From Candidatus Daviesbacteria bacterium (GTDB taxonomy: Bacteria; Patescibacteriota; Microgenomatia; Daviesbacterales; UBA10151), in contig CP066688.1 of NCBI GenBank assembly GCA_016432425.1, forward strand, positions 726,647-790,646: a stretch of DNA of 64,000 nt, read 5' to 3'. A model generated the notes under the pieces. The model was given only the letters and a program-made list of their open reading frames with translations, had not been told where the DNA came from and did not search any database. A program made the translations under genes and the position numbers. Below, in pieces: positions 10,145 through 19,230 of the stretch (the first letter of the stretch is position 1; every line of letters starts with the position of its first letter).

Positions 10145-10875
10145 TGGGTAATGATGAACTGGTTGGGCAAATAAAAGCACATTTAGAAAAAGTGTTTGGT
10201 CAAAGAAAATATTTCGCTCTAATATATGGATCTTTCGCCAATGGTATGCGTAATGTCGGTTCAGATGTGGATTTGTGTGTGATAACAGAGGAATTCTCAA
10301 TGAAGGAATTAGCGGCTTTAATACGATTTATTTTAGACTTACATAGCAGAAATAAGCTGAAAGTGGATAACGAAGTACCTTTCGAGAACAAATTGATGGC
10401 CAGTTACCAAGATGCAGAAGACGCCTCATATATGACTGGTTTTGAAGTAAGGCATGAACAGATAATAATTCCCCCGGTAGAAAAAAGTAAAAATTTTTTG
10501 GAATCCAGAGCTGTAAAATTAAGATTAATCTTGAATGCTTTAACTTCACCCCACATAAAGATGGGTAATGACTTGGAAACTTATAAGAAATTTAAAGCTT
10601 TAGCAGAGAAGAATACATTACTTTTGGCGATATCTTTGAGCTTCTCAGACAGTTTTGAGTTAGACAAACTACTACAAAGTTTAATGATCGGCAGGAGAGG
10701 AGAAGAGGGAGAAATGTACCTGGGGTATAAACAATATCCATCGGTGCAAGTATATATGAAAACATGGTTACAAAAACAGGGTGGTAAGTTAGCAAAAATT
10801 AACAAAAAAAACGAGTGGAAGAAGTTAGTTAAAGAGGCTAAAAGAAGATCAGTTATAGTTCAATCTATGAACTAA
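10144..10875 (+). CDS. nucleotidyltransferase-domain protein (Pol-beta superfamily; ANT/Lnu-like size)
   Basis: GSFANGMRNVGSDVDLCVI is the GS...G......D.DL nucleotidyltransferase signature. ATG overlaps the upstream stop (ATAATG), suggesting translational coupling. 243 aa. Confidence 0.6.
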   Translation: MGNDELVGQIKAHLEKVFGQRKYFALIYGSFANGMRNVGSDVDLCVITEEFSMKELAALIRFILDLHSRNKLKVDNEVPFENKLMASYQDAEDASYMTGFEVRHEQIIIPPVEKSKNFLESRAVKLRLILNALTSPHIKMGNDLETYKKFKALAEKNTLLLAISLSFSDSFELDKLLQSLMIGRRGEEGEMYLGYKQYPSVQVYMKTWLQKQGGKLAKINKKNEWKKLVKEAKRRSVIVQSMN

Positions 10876-10945
10876 TTTTTAAAAAAGCTGCTACAAGAAT
10901 TAAGTTTCTAAATACATACTTATACATTTTTTAGTCCTAAAGCAT

Positions 10946-11064
10946 AAGCAGAGCTTGATACTTCGTATTAAGCAGAGCTTGATTTCTAGCAAGCTCGAAA
11001 TTAGACTAAATCAGGTAATAGACCGTCAGATAAGCAGAGCTTGTCTTCGAATAAGCAAAGCTTT
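10946..11064. repeat. cluster of four copies of 12-mer AAGCAGAGCTTG (iteron-like)
   Basis: Exact copies at 10946-10957, 10970-10981, 11032-11043; variant AAGCAAAGCTTT at 11053-11064. Each is a mini-hairpin AAGC-AGA-GCTT. The same 12-mer recurs in tandem 27-nt repeats at 30613-30684. Confidence 0.7.
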
Positions 11065-11270
11065 CCTTTTTCTGATGAAAAACGTAGGAACAATCTGATA
11101 AACTCTGGCAGTCTGGCTAAGACCTCGTCAGAAGCTCCAGACCGGATACCCTCGTCCGAAAAGTGACGAATAGCTTGATACAGCGGGCTAATCTTAGGGT
11201 TTAAGTTTAACATCTTTGTTCCAAATCTTCGAGCCTAAATCTTTAACTAAGAGATCGGATTCACACCCTT

Positions 11271-11711
11271 TTATCTTAAACTAATTGAAAGACTACCTAA
11301 AGATATAATTACCTGTGTTGCGACCCCCCAGAAGGATGAAGTTTCTCTCTGGATGGCACAGTGCCAATCATAATACCCCTTGAATAGTTTATTCTTTAAA
11401 GAAGGTTTCCAAATCATACCAATACTATCAAAGTCAGGTATATTTGCTGCAAAAGCTGTAAGCCAAACAGTATTAGCTGTAATTTGACTATGAGTACTAA
11501 TGATATTTACTAAGAAAACTGCTAGCGTTATATCTATGGGAAGTCTTATCCACGTTTTGTATGTGATTTTATAAGGATAAAGGATCTCTTGCCAATGAGG
11601 AATAGAGTCTAAAATGAAGTGACTACCAATCGCCAGAGGAATTGAAAGAGCAGGGTTTGGCACCAAGACTGCTATTGTGGCCCCAACTAAAGAATGTGGT
11701 GTTGTTAGCAT
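11271..11711 (-). CDS. membrane-bound metal-dependent hydrolase, YdjM/DUF457-like
   Basis: N-terminal HSLVGATIA and LDSIPHW motifs resemble the DUF457 H...(F/A)S and DxxH patterns. Several TM segments. Confidence 0.4.
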   Translation of the reverse strand: MLTTPHSLVGATIAVLVPNPALSIPLAIGSHFILDSIPHWQEILYPYKITYKTWIRLPIDITLAVFLVNIISTHSQITANTVWLTAFAANIPDFDSIGMIWKPSLKNKLFKGYYDWHCAIQRETSSFWGVATQVIISLGSLSISLR

Positions 11712-11825
11712 GTGATCAATTATCTCACTTTTCCCCTTCCATAGCGCGATAATCTTTCATCAGCTTGTTAAAATGGATGAGGACCTGATCCAAAACGGGC
11801 GCTAAATAAGAATCGTCCCCCGTTC

Positions 11826-13139
11826 TTAAAAACCATTAATTAAAACCACCGGCTCCGGGTGTTTATTGGAAGGGTCGCTGTGGCCACTACCTAAAATTTC
11901 TGCTAAAGCCTTCAGGCTGTCCCTGACCTGGGTCCAAGTAGCTCCCGGGTTTGATTTTAAATACAGGGCTGCAGTTCCAGCTACATGAGGTGAGGCCATG
12001 CTGGTTCCGCTGATGGATTTATATCTACCTCCTACCCAGGTGGAATTAATGCTCACTCCCGGCGCTGCCAAATCTACCACAGATCCAAAGTTAGAAAAGC
12101 TGGCAAAAGTATCATCTGCCCCGTAAGTGGTGGCAGAGCCCAAACCTCCAGCCAAACCATCTGAATCACTCAAAGCAGAAACTGTGATGAGAGCATCATC
12201 ATAAGCAGCAGGCACCATCAAACCGGCATCCTGGTTGCTGTTGCCTGCAGCTGCCACATAGGTTATCCCTGCCGAGGCAGACCTGCAGATAGCCTGATGT
12301 AGAGCATCCTGATTTGAGCTGCCGCAGTTATTATCACTTTGTCCGCCTCCTCCCAGGCTCATATTGGCAACTTTAATATTAAACTTAGAGGCATTTTGGG
12401 TCACCCAGTCAATGCCGCAAATTACCGAAGACCAGGTTCCACTGCCACGGGAGTCTAAAACTTTAACTGCCATCAGTTTGGCCTGAGGGGCTACCCCTAC
12501 CACTCCCAGATTATTTTGCAGGGCAGCAATTGTCCCGGCCACATGGGTGCCGTGGCCGTTATCGTCATCACCTTTTCTTAATGGTCTGATGCAGTTCACA
12601 TTGGCCAAAATATTGCCTGCCAAATCCGGATGGTCCAGGTCAATACCGGTATCAATGACTGCCACCCCGATACCATCACCATAATTATTAAGCTGGATGC
12701 CGTTAATTCTTCTGATGCCGGTAGGAGTGGATTGGACAGCAGTTGTGCGGTGACTTAAGGCAAAAACTTTTTTATCCTGGGAGATAAATTTTACCCTGGA
12801 ATCCTGTCTGATCTGCTCAATTTTTTGATCAGTAATATTGGCTGAGAAACCTTTAAGGGGCTTTGAGTATTTATGTTTAATGCTGATTTGGTGCTGGCCT
12901 TGAAGCTGATCAGCCACCTCAGCAGGATTTTGTACCTCATCTTTGAACACCACAATATACTCGCCCGGGATATTCACAGAAATATTTCCTTCTTGAATTT
13001 TTGATTCTCCCAAGTTCCCCTCAGCGCTGTTGTTTGAGGTATTAAGGTTAAGATTAATATTGGTCTCAGTAGCTAAAATTGGCGCAGCAAGGAAAAGATA
13101 GAGGAAGGAAGCAAAAAGCAGCAGAGCAGTCTTAAACAT
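11826..13139 (-). CDS. secreted subtilisin-like serine protease (peptidase S8) with I9 propeptide
   Basis: Catalytic triad motifs VAVIDTGID (Asp), HGTHVAGTIAA (His), GTSMASPHVAG (Ser). N-terminal signal peptide plus inhibitor-I9-like prodomain. Confidence 0.9.
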   Translation of the reverse strand: MFKTALLLFASFLYLFLAAPILATETNINLNLNTSNNSAEGNLGESKIQEGNISVNIPGEYIVVFKDEVQNPAEVADQLQGQHQISIKHKYSKPLKGFSANITDQKIEQIRQDSRVKFISQDKKVFALSHRTTAVQSTPTGIRRINGIQLNNYGDGIGVAVIDTGIDLDHPDLAGNILANVNCIRPLRKGDDDNGHGTHVAGTIAALQNNLGVVGVAPQAKLMAVKVLDSRGSGTWSSVICGIDWVTQNASKFNIKVANMSLGGGGQSDNNCGSSNQDALHQAICRSASAGITYVAAAGNSNQDAGLMVPAAYDDALITVSALSDSDGLAGGLGSATTYGADDTFASFSNFGSVVDLAAPGVSINSTWVGGRYKSISGTSMASPHVAGTAALYLKSNPGATWTQVRDSLKALAEILGSGHSDPSNKHPEPVVLINGF

Positions 13140-13225
13140 GTTGATTTCTGTATTATACCATTTATTACAAATCCCTTACTTGATTTAAATATGTTCTTTT
13201 ACTCATTCAAGGTAATGTTAAATAA

Positions 13226-13831
13226 ATGTTTATTTCCAAGTTAAACTTAAAAGAGCCGGGAGCAACTTACCTGCCGATTTTTAATGCAAATGCATTATTT
13301 AAAAAAATCTTAATTGCGGCACTAATTATTGCAATTTTGGGGGGAGCAGGTTATCTGGTTAGTAGATTTTACGACACAGGATCTCAAAACGCTTCTCCAT
13401 CTTCATCCTCAGTCAAATCCCAGAGGATTTCTTTGTCCGAGAGTTTCGAAATCCCAACCGGGCTGGAGGGGAAAGATGCAGGAGCCCCTCTTAAGGTTAG
13501 TTTTCAGCGGGCCCAACTTGCCAACCGCATCTTCATCTCCGGTAAACCGGTGATGGCCAAAGATGGCACCAAATTCTTAATGCTAAACTTCCTTTTGGAA
13601 AACAGTAACAGCAAGGCTTTAAATGTTAAAACTACTGATTTGATCAGACTGATTGACCAAAACGGCAAGAAGTTTGCCCCCAGCTATTTTAATAAAGGAA
13701 AACCTTTGGCTGCTGACTCAACCAAAAAAGATACCTTAGGGTTTTTGGTACCTGACAATATTAAGGAGTTTAAGATTCAATATGGCACTATTGACGGCCC
13801 CAAAAAACTACTGGAGCTAAAATTTAACTGA
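13226..13831 (+). CDS. hypothetical membrane-anchored secreted protein
   Basis: N-terminal TM (ILIAALIIAILGGAGYLV) then a Ser-rich linker and a beta-rich domain. No recognisable motif. Confidence 0.4.
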   Translation: MFISKLNLKEPGATYLPIFNANALFKKILIAALIIAILGGAGYLVSRFYDTGSQNASPSSSSVKSQRISLSESFEIPTGLEGKDAGAPLKVSFQRAQLANRIFISGKPVMAKDGTKFLMLNFLLENSNSKALNVKTTDLIRLIDQNGKKFAPSYFNKGKPLAADSTKKDTLGFLVPDNIKEFKIQYGTIDGPKKLLELKFN

Positions 13832-13842
13832 CACTTCAATTT

Positions 13843-14001
13843 CACTTAAGTGCTATAGAAAATTATTACCGAACTCTTACTACAACATTATTACTTTTTA
13901 AACAGCAGACTTTAATATAGTAAAAGCTATGAGTTATACGGTTATCTGTTCGTCATAGCTTAAGTTGCCAGCGGAGGCTGTCCTATTTAATCAAAGTAGG
14001 G
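13843..14001 (+). promoter_or_regulatory. structured leader/regulatory region upstream of the repeat-protein operon
   Basis: Perfect 10-bp palindrome CACTTAAGTG (13843-13852). Hairpin AAGCTATGA...TCATAGCTT (13914-13952). Long imperfect hairpin GCGGAGGCTGTCCTA...TAGGGCAACCTCCGC (13961-14001). Strong SD GGAGGTGA 8 nt before the ATG at 14112. Confidence 0.35.
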
Positions 14002-14111
14002 CAACCTCCGCTTCAAAATCACCAAACTACAGGTGATGGCGGACTTGGGTCTTAAAACGCTTCCCTCTTTAAAAGACTTGAGATTTTTAAGTGGAAGGAG
14101 GTGATTTATAG

Positions 14112-15752
14112 ATGTTAAAAAAATGGCAAAAGATTCCAGCAGCTATAGCTATGGGAGCAGCCACTCTGGCATTTGCTTTAACCCCAGTTTTAGCTGTTGA
14201 TGTAACTAGCACTAATGAGATGACTGGCTCAGGATCTACCAATACTACCACGACCGATGTCACCAATACCCAGACTGTGACTAATGATAATACCTCAGTA
14301 GTCACCAATACCTTTACTATCACTGCCACAACCGGCGGTAATAGCGCCTCGGACAATACCGGGGATGGGGAGGTTGGCAGCGGTGATGCAGCAAGTAGTG
14401 TCACTTCTGATACAACCAGTAATGTAAACACTACTGATTTGTCAACAGCAGGTACTATGTCGGTAGATTCCGCCAATTCAGTGACCGGTTCTTCCTCCAC
14501 TAATACAACTGACGTAACAGTGACCAACGATGCAACGGTGGTTAACACCAATGATCTGGAAGTCACTAATACGCTGGATTTGTTATCAGACACCGGAGGA
14601 AATACTGCAGATAGCAACACTGGTAATGGCACTGCCTCCAGCGGCGACGCATCTGCAAATGGGGATGTTTCTACAACCGGCAATATCAATGATACCACCG
14701 TATCAATGGCAGCTGATCCGATTGATGTCTCAAACGACACCACCGGATTTGACTCCTTAAATACTGTCTTGGTTGATGTCAGCAATACTGTGACTGTCAT
14801 TAATGATAATGCACCAATAGTGCCTACTACGATCACCAATGATATGAGTTTAACCTCACTCAGCGGTGGCAACAGCGCTGATGGCAATACCGGAGACGGT
14901 AGCGTTGATGGCGGTGGTGCGGATACAACAGTCAGCCTGGCAACAGATGTTAATTCCAACATGGTAGATATTGGGGCAGGAGGAGATTTGGATATTAATA
15001 TGTCCAATGACACTACCGGCTCAAGCTCAACCAACAGCATGGATGCATCTGTGACCAATGATCTGACTGTGGTTAACACCAATGATGCAGATATCCTAAA
15101 TGATATCAGTATGCTCTCTGATACGGGCGGAAATTCCGCATCAGGTAATACCGAGGATGGGTCTGTAGACAGTGGTAATGCCGGGTTAATGGCAGATGTG
15201 GCAACCACAGCCAATTCCAATGACGTGGATACCGGCGGAGCCTTTGGCGATATAGACGCCATGCTATCCAATAGCGTAACGGGCTCTTCATCAGACAACA
15301 CCATCGATTTGAGCGTTGACAACACCAATACTGTCTTAAATGACAATGTGGTGGATGTTGACAATTTGCTGGATATTATCGGATTGACCGGTGATAACAG
15401 CGCCGATGCCAACACCGGCGACGGTTCTGCCTCCAGCGGTGATGTGGATGTGGAAGCTGAGGTCACAACAGATGTCAACTTCAATACCACAGATGATATG
15501 GCAGCTGGGGACGTGGACGTGGATGAAGAAAATACCATGACCGGTTCCGGCTCAACCAATGACATCACGGATACGATTACCAATACCTTAACTCTGGTAA
15601 ATGACAATGATTCCGACGTCTTAAATGACGCCACCGGAACATTGGACACCGGCGGAAATAGCGCCGATGGCAACACTGGGGACGGTGAGGTGGCAACCGG
15701 GGATGTTGATTTGGAGTTAGACTTCACTACTAATGAAAACATGAACATGTAG
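14112..15752 (+). CDS. secreted Thr/Asn/Ser/Asp-rich tandem-repeat protein (about six ~88-aa repeats), no anchor
   Basis: Sec signal peptide MLKKWQKIPAAIAMGAATLAFALTPVLA preceded by SD GGAGGTGA. Recurrent core TGGNSA(S/D)(D/G)NTG(D/N)G within a longer repeat N..TGS.STN...D..VTN..TVVNTND. The antisense 559-aa ORF is a compositional shadow. Confidence 0.75.
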   Translation: MLKKWQKIPAAIAMGAATLAFALTPVLAVDVTSTNEMTGSGSTNTTTTDVTNTQTVTNDNTSVVTNTFTITATTGGNSASDNTGDGEVGSGDAASSVTSDTTSNVNTTDLSTAGTMSVDSANSVTGSSSTNTTDVTVTNDATVVNTNDLEVTNTLDLLSDTGGNTADSNTGNGTASSGDASANGDVSTTGNINDTTVSMAADPIDVSNDTTGFDSLNTVLVDVSNTVTVINDNAPIVPTTITNDMSLTSLSGGNSADGNTGDGSVDGGGADTTVSLATDVNSNMVDIGAGGDLDINMSNDTTGSSSTNSMDASVTNDLTVVNTNDADILNDISMLSDTGGNSASGNTEDGSVDSGNAGLMADVATTANSNDVDTGGAFGDIDAMLSNSVTGSSSDNTIDLSVDNTNTVLNDNVVDVDNLLDIIGLTGDNSADANTGDGSASSGDVDVEAEVTTDVNFNTTDDMAAGDVDVDEENTMTGSGSTNDITDTITNTLTLVNDNDSDVLNDATGTLDTGGNSADGNTGDGEVATGDVDLELDFTTNENMNM

Positions 15753-15762
15753 TGAAGATTTC

Positions 15763-15794
15763 CCAAGGGGGTTTGTGGAAGCCAAACCCCCAGG
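15763..15794 (+). terminator. intra-operon hairpin (attenuator/partial terminator) between repeat genes 1 and 2
   Basis: CCAAGGGGGTTTG-tggaagc-CAAACCCCCAGG, a 9-12 bp GC-rich stem 10 nt after the stop of gene 1. The downstream tract is only moderately U-rich. Confidence 0.4.
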
Positions 15795-15836
15795 GAATAA
15801 ATATTCTTCGAGCGAAGCGGGAAGTTACTTAAAATT

Positions 15837-18290
15837 ATGAATAAATTAGCTGTAAACTTTACTGCCTTAATATTAATAATTAGTCTAGGTTTAAATGGGC
15901 CTGTCGGGTTAGTATTGGCTCAAGAAGCTACTCCTAGTGCGGAAAGTTCCACTACCGAAAATTCCACCACCGGCGCTAATTCCACCAACACTGCCACTGC
16001 AACTGTAGACCAAACTTCTACCACCACTAACACCAATGATGCCATTGCCGTTAACACTACTGATGCACTTTCTGCCTCCGGGGATAATGCAGCTTTAGAT
16101 AACACGGGTGATGCTTCAATCACCACCAACACTGCTGCAACCTCTGCTACTACCTCAACTGAAACTAACCAAACTATTTGGGAACCAATGCCCTGGACTA
16201 CTTGGACAGGTGAGGGTGACTGGCAGACCAGAGCAGAAAACTCCACCACCGGTGCTGACTCTACCAACACCGCCACAACTAGTGTTTCACAAACAGATAC
16301 CCTAACCAACACCAACACTGCTGATGTGACAAACAGCGCTACTACTACTTCTTTAACAGGCGCAAATGTTGCCTCGGATAATACCGGCTCAGCCACTATC
16401 AGCACCGGGAATGCCTCCACCACCACCGCTACTCAAACTACTGCTAATACTAACATTGTTTCCTGGACAGGTGAGGGTGACTGGAGCAATCTGTGGAACG
16501 GTGAGGCAGTTAATTTTCTGACCGGTGCTAACTCCACCAATACTTCAAGTGTAGATTTTACTAAAGTGCTGGATGTTTTAAATGAAAACGGGGTGAATGT
16601 GGATAATTTGATTGCCTCCTTTGCCACCAGTGGAGATAATATTGCCTCGGATAATACCGGAAATGCCACTATTACTACCGGTAGCGCCTTAGTCCTTTCC
16701 ACTTTATTTAATCTGGTTAATACTAATATTTTTGGTACTGATATTATGGAGATTCTATACCAGGATATCTTCGGCACCTTTTCCGGAAATATTGACCTAT
16801 CTTTCGGCAACTTATTTTCTTTGCCCAACTTAATCTCCCAGCCTTTAACCCTAAATTCCAGCAACGATACCACTGGTTTTAACTCGGATAATACAGCCAC
16901 TACTGTAGGCAGTTTCACTGTGGATATCACTAATGATAATAGCGGTGTATTAAATAATGCCCTAGATTTATTTGCCATAACCGGCTCCAACACTGCCTCG
17001 GATAATACCGGAAACGTGCTAGTGGAGACAGGAAATGCGGAGGTTATGGTTAACTTAGTCAATTTCCTAAATACTAATATCTCCACCAATGAGCTTTACC
17101 TGGGGGTAATTAATGTCTTTGGGGACTGGACCGGGAATTTGATACTGCCTGAATATAATGGGGTAACCAGTAGTTCCCCGCTACCGCTACTTTCATCAAC
17201 AAAAAATATCCAAACAGGTGCTACTTCAGATAATACTGCTACTATGACCACAGATAACATTTTGACTGTAGATAATACTAACAATGCTACTGTTGATAAC
17301 GTATTCAACTTATTTGCTGAAACAGGAGGTAATAGCGCCTCTGATAATACTTTATCAGCCAGTGTTACCACCGGTTTGTCCCAAGTGGAAGCCAACCAGG
17401 CTACCTTTGCCAATACTAACGTGGTAAGTAATGCTCCCTGGTGGTTAGTTATAATTAACAATTTAGGCACTTGGGTACCGGTACTACTGCCTCCTTTAAA
17501 CATCGGGACACAGCTGGTTTTGGATTTAGATGATTTGGGAATGAATATTCCCAGCAGCAGTGAAACTTTAGATTTAACTGCCGCTAATAATCTTACCGGT
17601 AGTTTATCCAGCAATGAGGCAAGTGTCACTTTGAATTCTGAGACTAATATTACCAATACTAATGTGGGAACAATTATTAATGATGTTAGCGCTTTAGCTT
17701 CAACAGGAGGCAATGAGGCTAGTAGAAATACCGGATCGGCCACAATTGCCAGTGGTAATGCTTCTATCTTGGTTAATACTTTAAACTTTCTCAATACTAA
17801 TGTAATAGCACCCTCGATACTAATATCAATAGTTAATGTTTTCGGCAGCTGGATGGGAGATGTTTTAAGCTTTGGAACACAAGCACCTCTTCCGGCCGTT
17901 TCTGCCCCCGACCAGCCTATTGCCCAGGCAGAAAACTCGGGAAATATCACCAATGCTCCAGCCAGTCCTTCCAACCCCACCACATCTTCCGAGACAAATT
18001 CATCCCAGAGTTCACCAAGTGTAAATTTTAGTTCTGCCGCACCCCTTTCATCCGTGTCTAATAACCAAAGTACCACCCCTCCCAACTTTAATACCCAAAG
18101 CAATATTCAAAACCAAGAAGGCGAAGTTTTGGCATTTTATGAGGAAAAAGGTGGTGGGGACGGAGGATTCCCCTCTCAAGTAAATGAGGAAACACCGGAT
18201 ACAAAAGGAACTCTTATCCTGATGCTAATTGCCCTGACAGCTGTTTTGTTCATCTTAACAAGAGTTAGCAGAATAATTTCACGAAAATGA
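15837..18290 (+). CDS. secreted Thr/Asn/Ser-rich tandem-repeat protein with C-terminal TM anchor
   Basis: Signal peptide MNKLAVNFTALILIISLGLNGPVGLVLA. Repeats SGDNAALDNTGDASITTNTA, TGANVASDNTGSATISTGNAS, SGDNIASDNTGNATITTGSA, TGSNTASDNTGNVLVETGNAE, TGGNEASRNTGSATIASGNAS. C-terminal GTLILMLIALTAVLFILTRVSRIISRK. TGA stop overlaps the next ATG (ATGA). Confidence 0.75.
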   Translation: MNKLAVNFTALILIISLGLNGPVGLVLAQEATPSAESSTTENSTTGANSTNTATATVDQTSTTTNTNDAIAVNTTDALSASGDNAALDNTGDASITTNTAATSATTSTETNQTIWEPMPWTTWTGEGDWQTRAENSTTGADSTNTATTSVSQTDTLTNTNTADVTNSATTTSLTGANVASDNTGSATISTGNASTTTATQTTANTNIVSWTGEGDWSNLWNGEAVNFLTGANSTNTSSVDFTKVLDVLNENGVNVDNLIASFATSGDNIASDNTGNATITTGSALVLSTLFNLVNTNIFGTDIMEILYQDIFGTFSGNIDLSFGNLFSLPNLISQPLTLNSSNDTTGFNSDNTATTVGSFTVDITNDNSGVLNNALDLFAITGSNTASDNTGNVLVETGNAEVMVNLVNFLNTNISTNELYLGVINVFGDWTGNLILPEYNGVTSSSPLPLLSSTKNIQTGATSDNTATMTTDNILTVDNTNNATVDNVFNLFAETGGNSASDNTLSASVTTGLSQVEANQATFANTNVVSNAPWWLVIINNLGTWVPVLLPPLNIGTQLVLDLDDLGMNIPSSSETLDLTAANNLTGSLSSNEASVTLNSETNITNTNVGTIINDVSALASTGGNEASRNTGSATIASGNASILVNTLNFLNTNVIAPSILISIVNVFGSWMGDVLSFGTQAPLPAVSAPDQPIAQAENSGNITNAPASPSNPTTSSETNSSQSSPSVNFSSAAPLSSVSNNQSTTPPNFNTQSNIQNQEGEVLAFYEEKGGGDGGFPSQVNEETPDTKGTLILMLIALTAVLFILTRVSRIISRK

Positions 18291-19201
18291 GAAATAAGTT
18301 AATTAGTTTAATTATCTTGATCGGATTGACATTTGCTATACCCGGATCCGCGATGGCAGATACCGAAGTGACATCGTCTAATTCCTCCACCGGTGCTGAC
18401 TCTACCAATACCACCAGCTCAACTGTCACCAATGATAACTCTGTTGTCAATAATAATACGTCAGTAGTTACCAATACCATTGATATTACGGGCTCAACAG
18501 GAGCCAACAGCGCCTCAGCTAACACCGGTGACGGTACAGTTGGTAGCGGCTCAATAGACGGCAATGTGGAGGTAAGCAGTACCGATAATCAAAATACTAC
18601 CCTTTTGACAGATAGCGGCAGCATCAATATTACCCAACAAAATACAGAGACCGGCAGTAATTCAACAAATTCCTCCAGCATTAATGTCAGCAATATCAAC
18701 ACCGTTACCAACACTAATGATTCTGTCAAAGAAAATAACTTAATTGTCGATCTTTCCACCGGAGGCAATATAGCAGATGGAAATAGCGGTGGAAGCAGTA
18801 TCACCAGCGGAGATATCACATTTAATGTCGGAGTCACTAATGTGGATAATATCAATGAAACAAATATTGGCCCACCGGCTCCGGGAGGAGTTTCTCAGCC
18901 ACCTGAGGGCCAGGGAGGACAACAGCCGCCACCCCAAGTAGGTGGCGGAGGAGCAGCCATAGCACAAGCCCTGGGAGGGCCAACAGAGGTTACTTCTGCC
19001 CAACCTGCAGGTGAAATATTGGGAATTTCCTCCTTGCCAATTACCGGCCCCACAATAAATCTTTGGATTTTAGCGCTGCTGGCTGCCTCTGTGGCATTGT
19101 TAGGTTGGTTTATGATTAACCGCTCCTACGCTTGGGAAAAAGCCTTAATTAGAAAAAGACTCTCCTTTTCAATTAAAACCCCGCCGAGAAGGCGGGGTTA
19201 A
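18287..19201 (+). CDS. secreted repeat protein with LPXTG (LPITG) sortase cell-wall anchor
   Basis: Signal peptide with AMA-DT cleavage region. Repeats TGANSASANTGDGTVGSGS and TGGNIADGNSGGSSITSGD. Pro/Gly-rich stalk. C-terminal LPITG + hydrophobic segment + RKRL tail is a canonical sortase sorting signal. Confidence 0.75.
   Translation: MRNKLISLIILIGLTFAIPGSAMADTEVTSSNSSTGADSTNTTSSTVTNDNSVVNNNTSVVTNTIDITGSTGANSASANTGDGTVGSGSIDGNVEVSSTDNQNTTLLTDSGSINITQQNTETGSNSTNSSSINVSNINTVTNTNDSVKENNLIVDLSTGGNIADGNSGGSSITSGDITFNVGVTNVDNINETNIGPPAPGGVSQPPEGQGGQQPPPQVGGGGAAIAQALGGPTEVTSAQPAGEILGISSLPITGPTINLWILALLAASVALLGWFMINRSYAWEKALIRKRLSFSIKTPPRRRG
19179..19197. terminator. GC-rich hairpin overlapping the operon stop codon (possible bidirectional terminator)
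   Basis: CCCCGCC-gagaa-GGCGGGG at the end of 18287-19201. It sits between convergent genes (DUF378 on the minus strand). No clean T-run on the plus side. Confidence 0.35.
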
Positions 19202-19230
19202 TAATACCTTAACTATAACTCTTCCCTAAA

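Noticed and set aside
11001-11213. 70-aa minus-strand ORF overlapping the AAGCAGAGCTTG cluster
   Set aside because: Its C-terminal third (KLCLFEDKLCLSDGL) is simply the translated repeat. There is no RBS or motif, so it is probably non-coding.
13329-13553. 74-aa alternative-frame ORF inside gene 13226-13831 (similar nested ORFs occur inside the giant MCO and uvrA)
   Set aside because: Nested in a longer ORF with a coherent membrane-anchor and domain structure. No independent support.
14087-15766. 559-aa minus-strand ORF (and the further antisense ORFs 15920-16426, 16433-17089, 17096-18103, 18265-18564) covering the repeat-protein genes
   Set aside because: They mirror the Thr/Asn/Ser-rich plus-strand genes exactly and have low-complexity V/S/T/L composition with no signal or RBS. 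The plus-strand genes have strong SDs, signal peptides, an LPXTG signal and coupled stop/starts. The antisense ORFs are compositional shadows.
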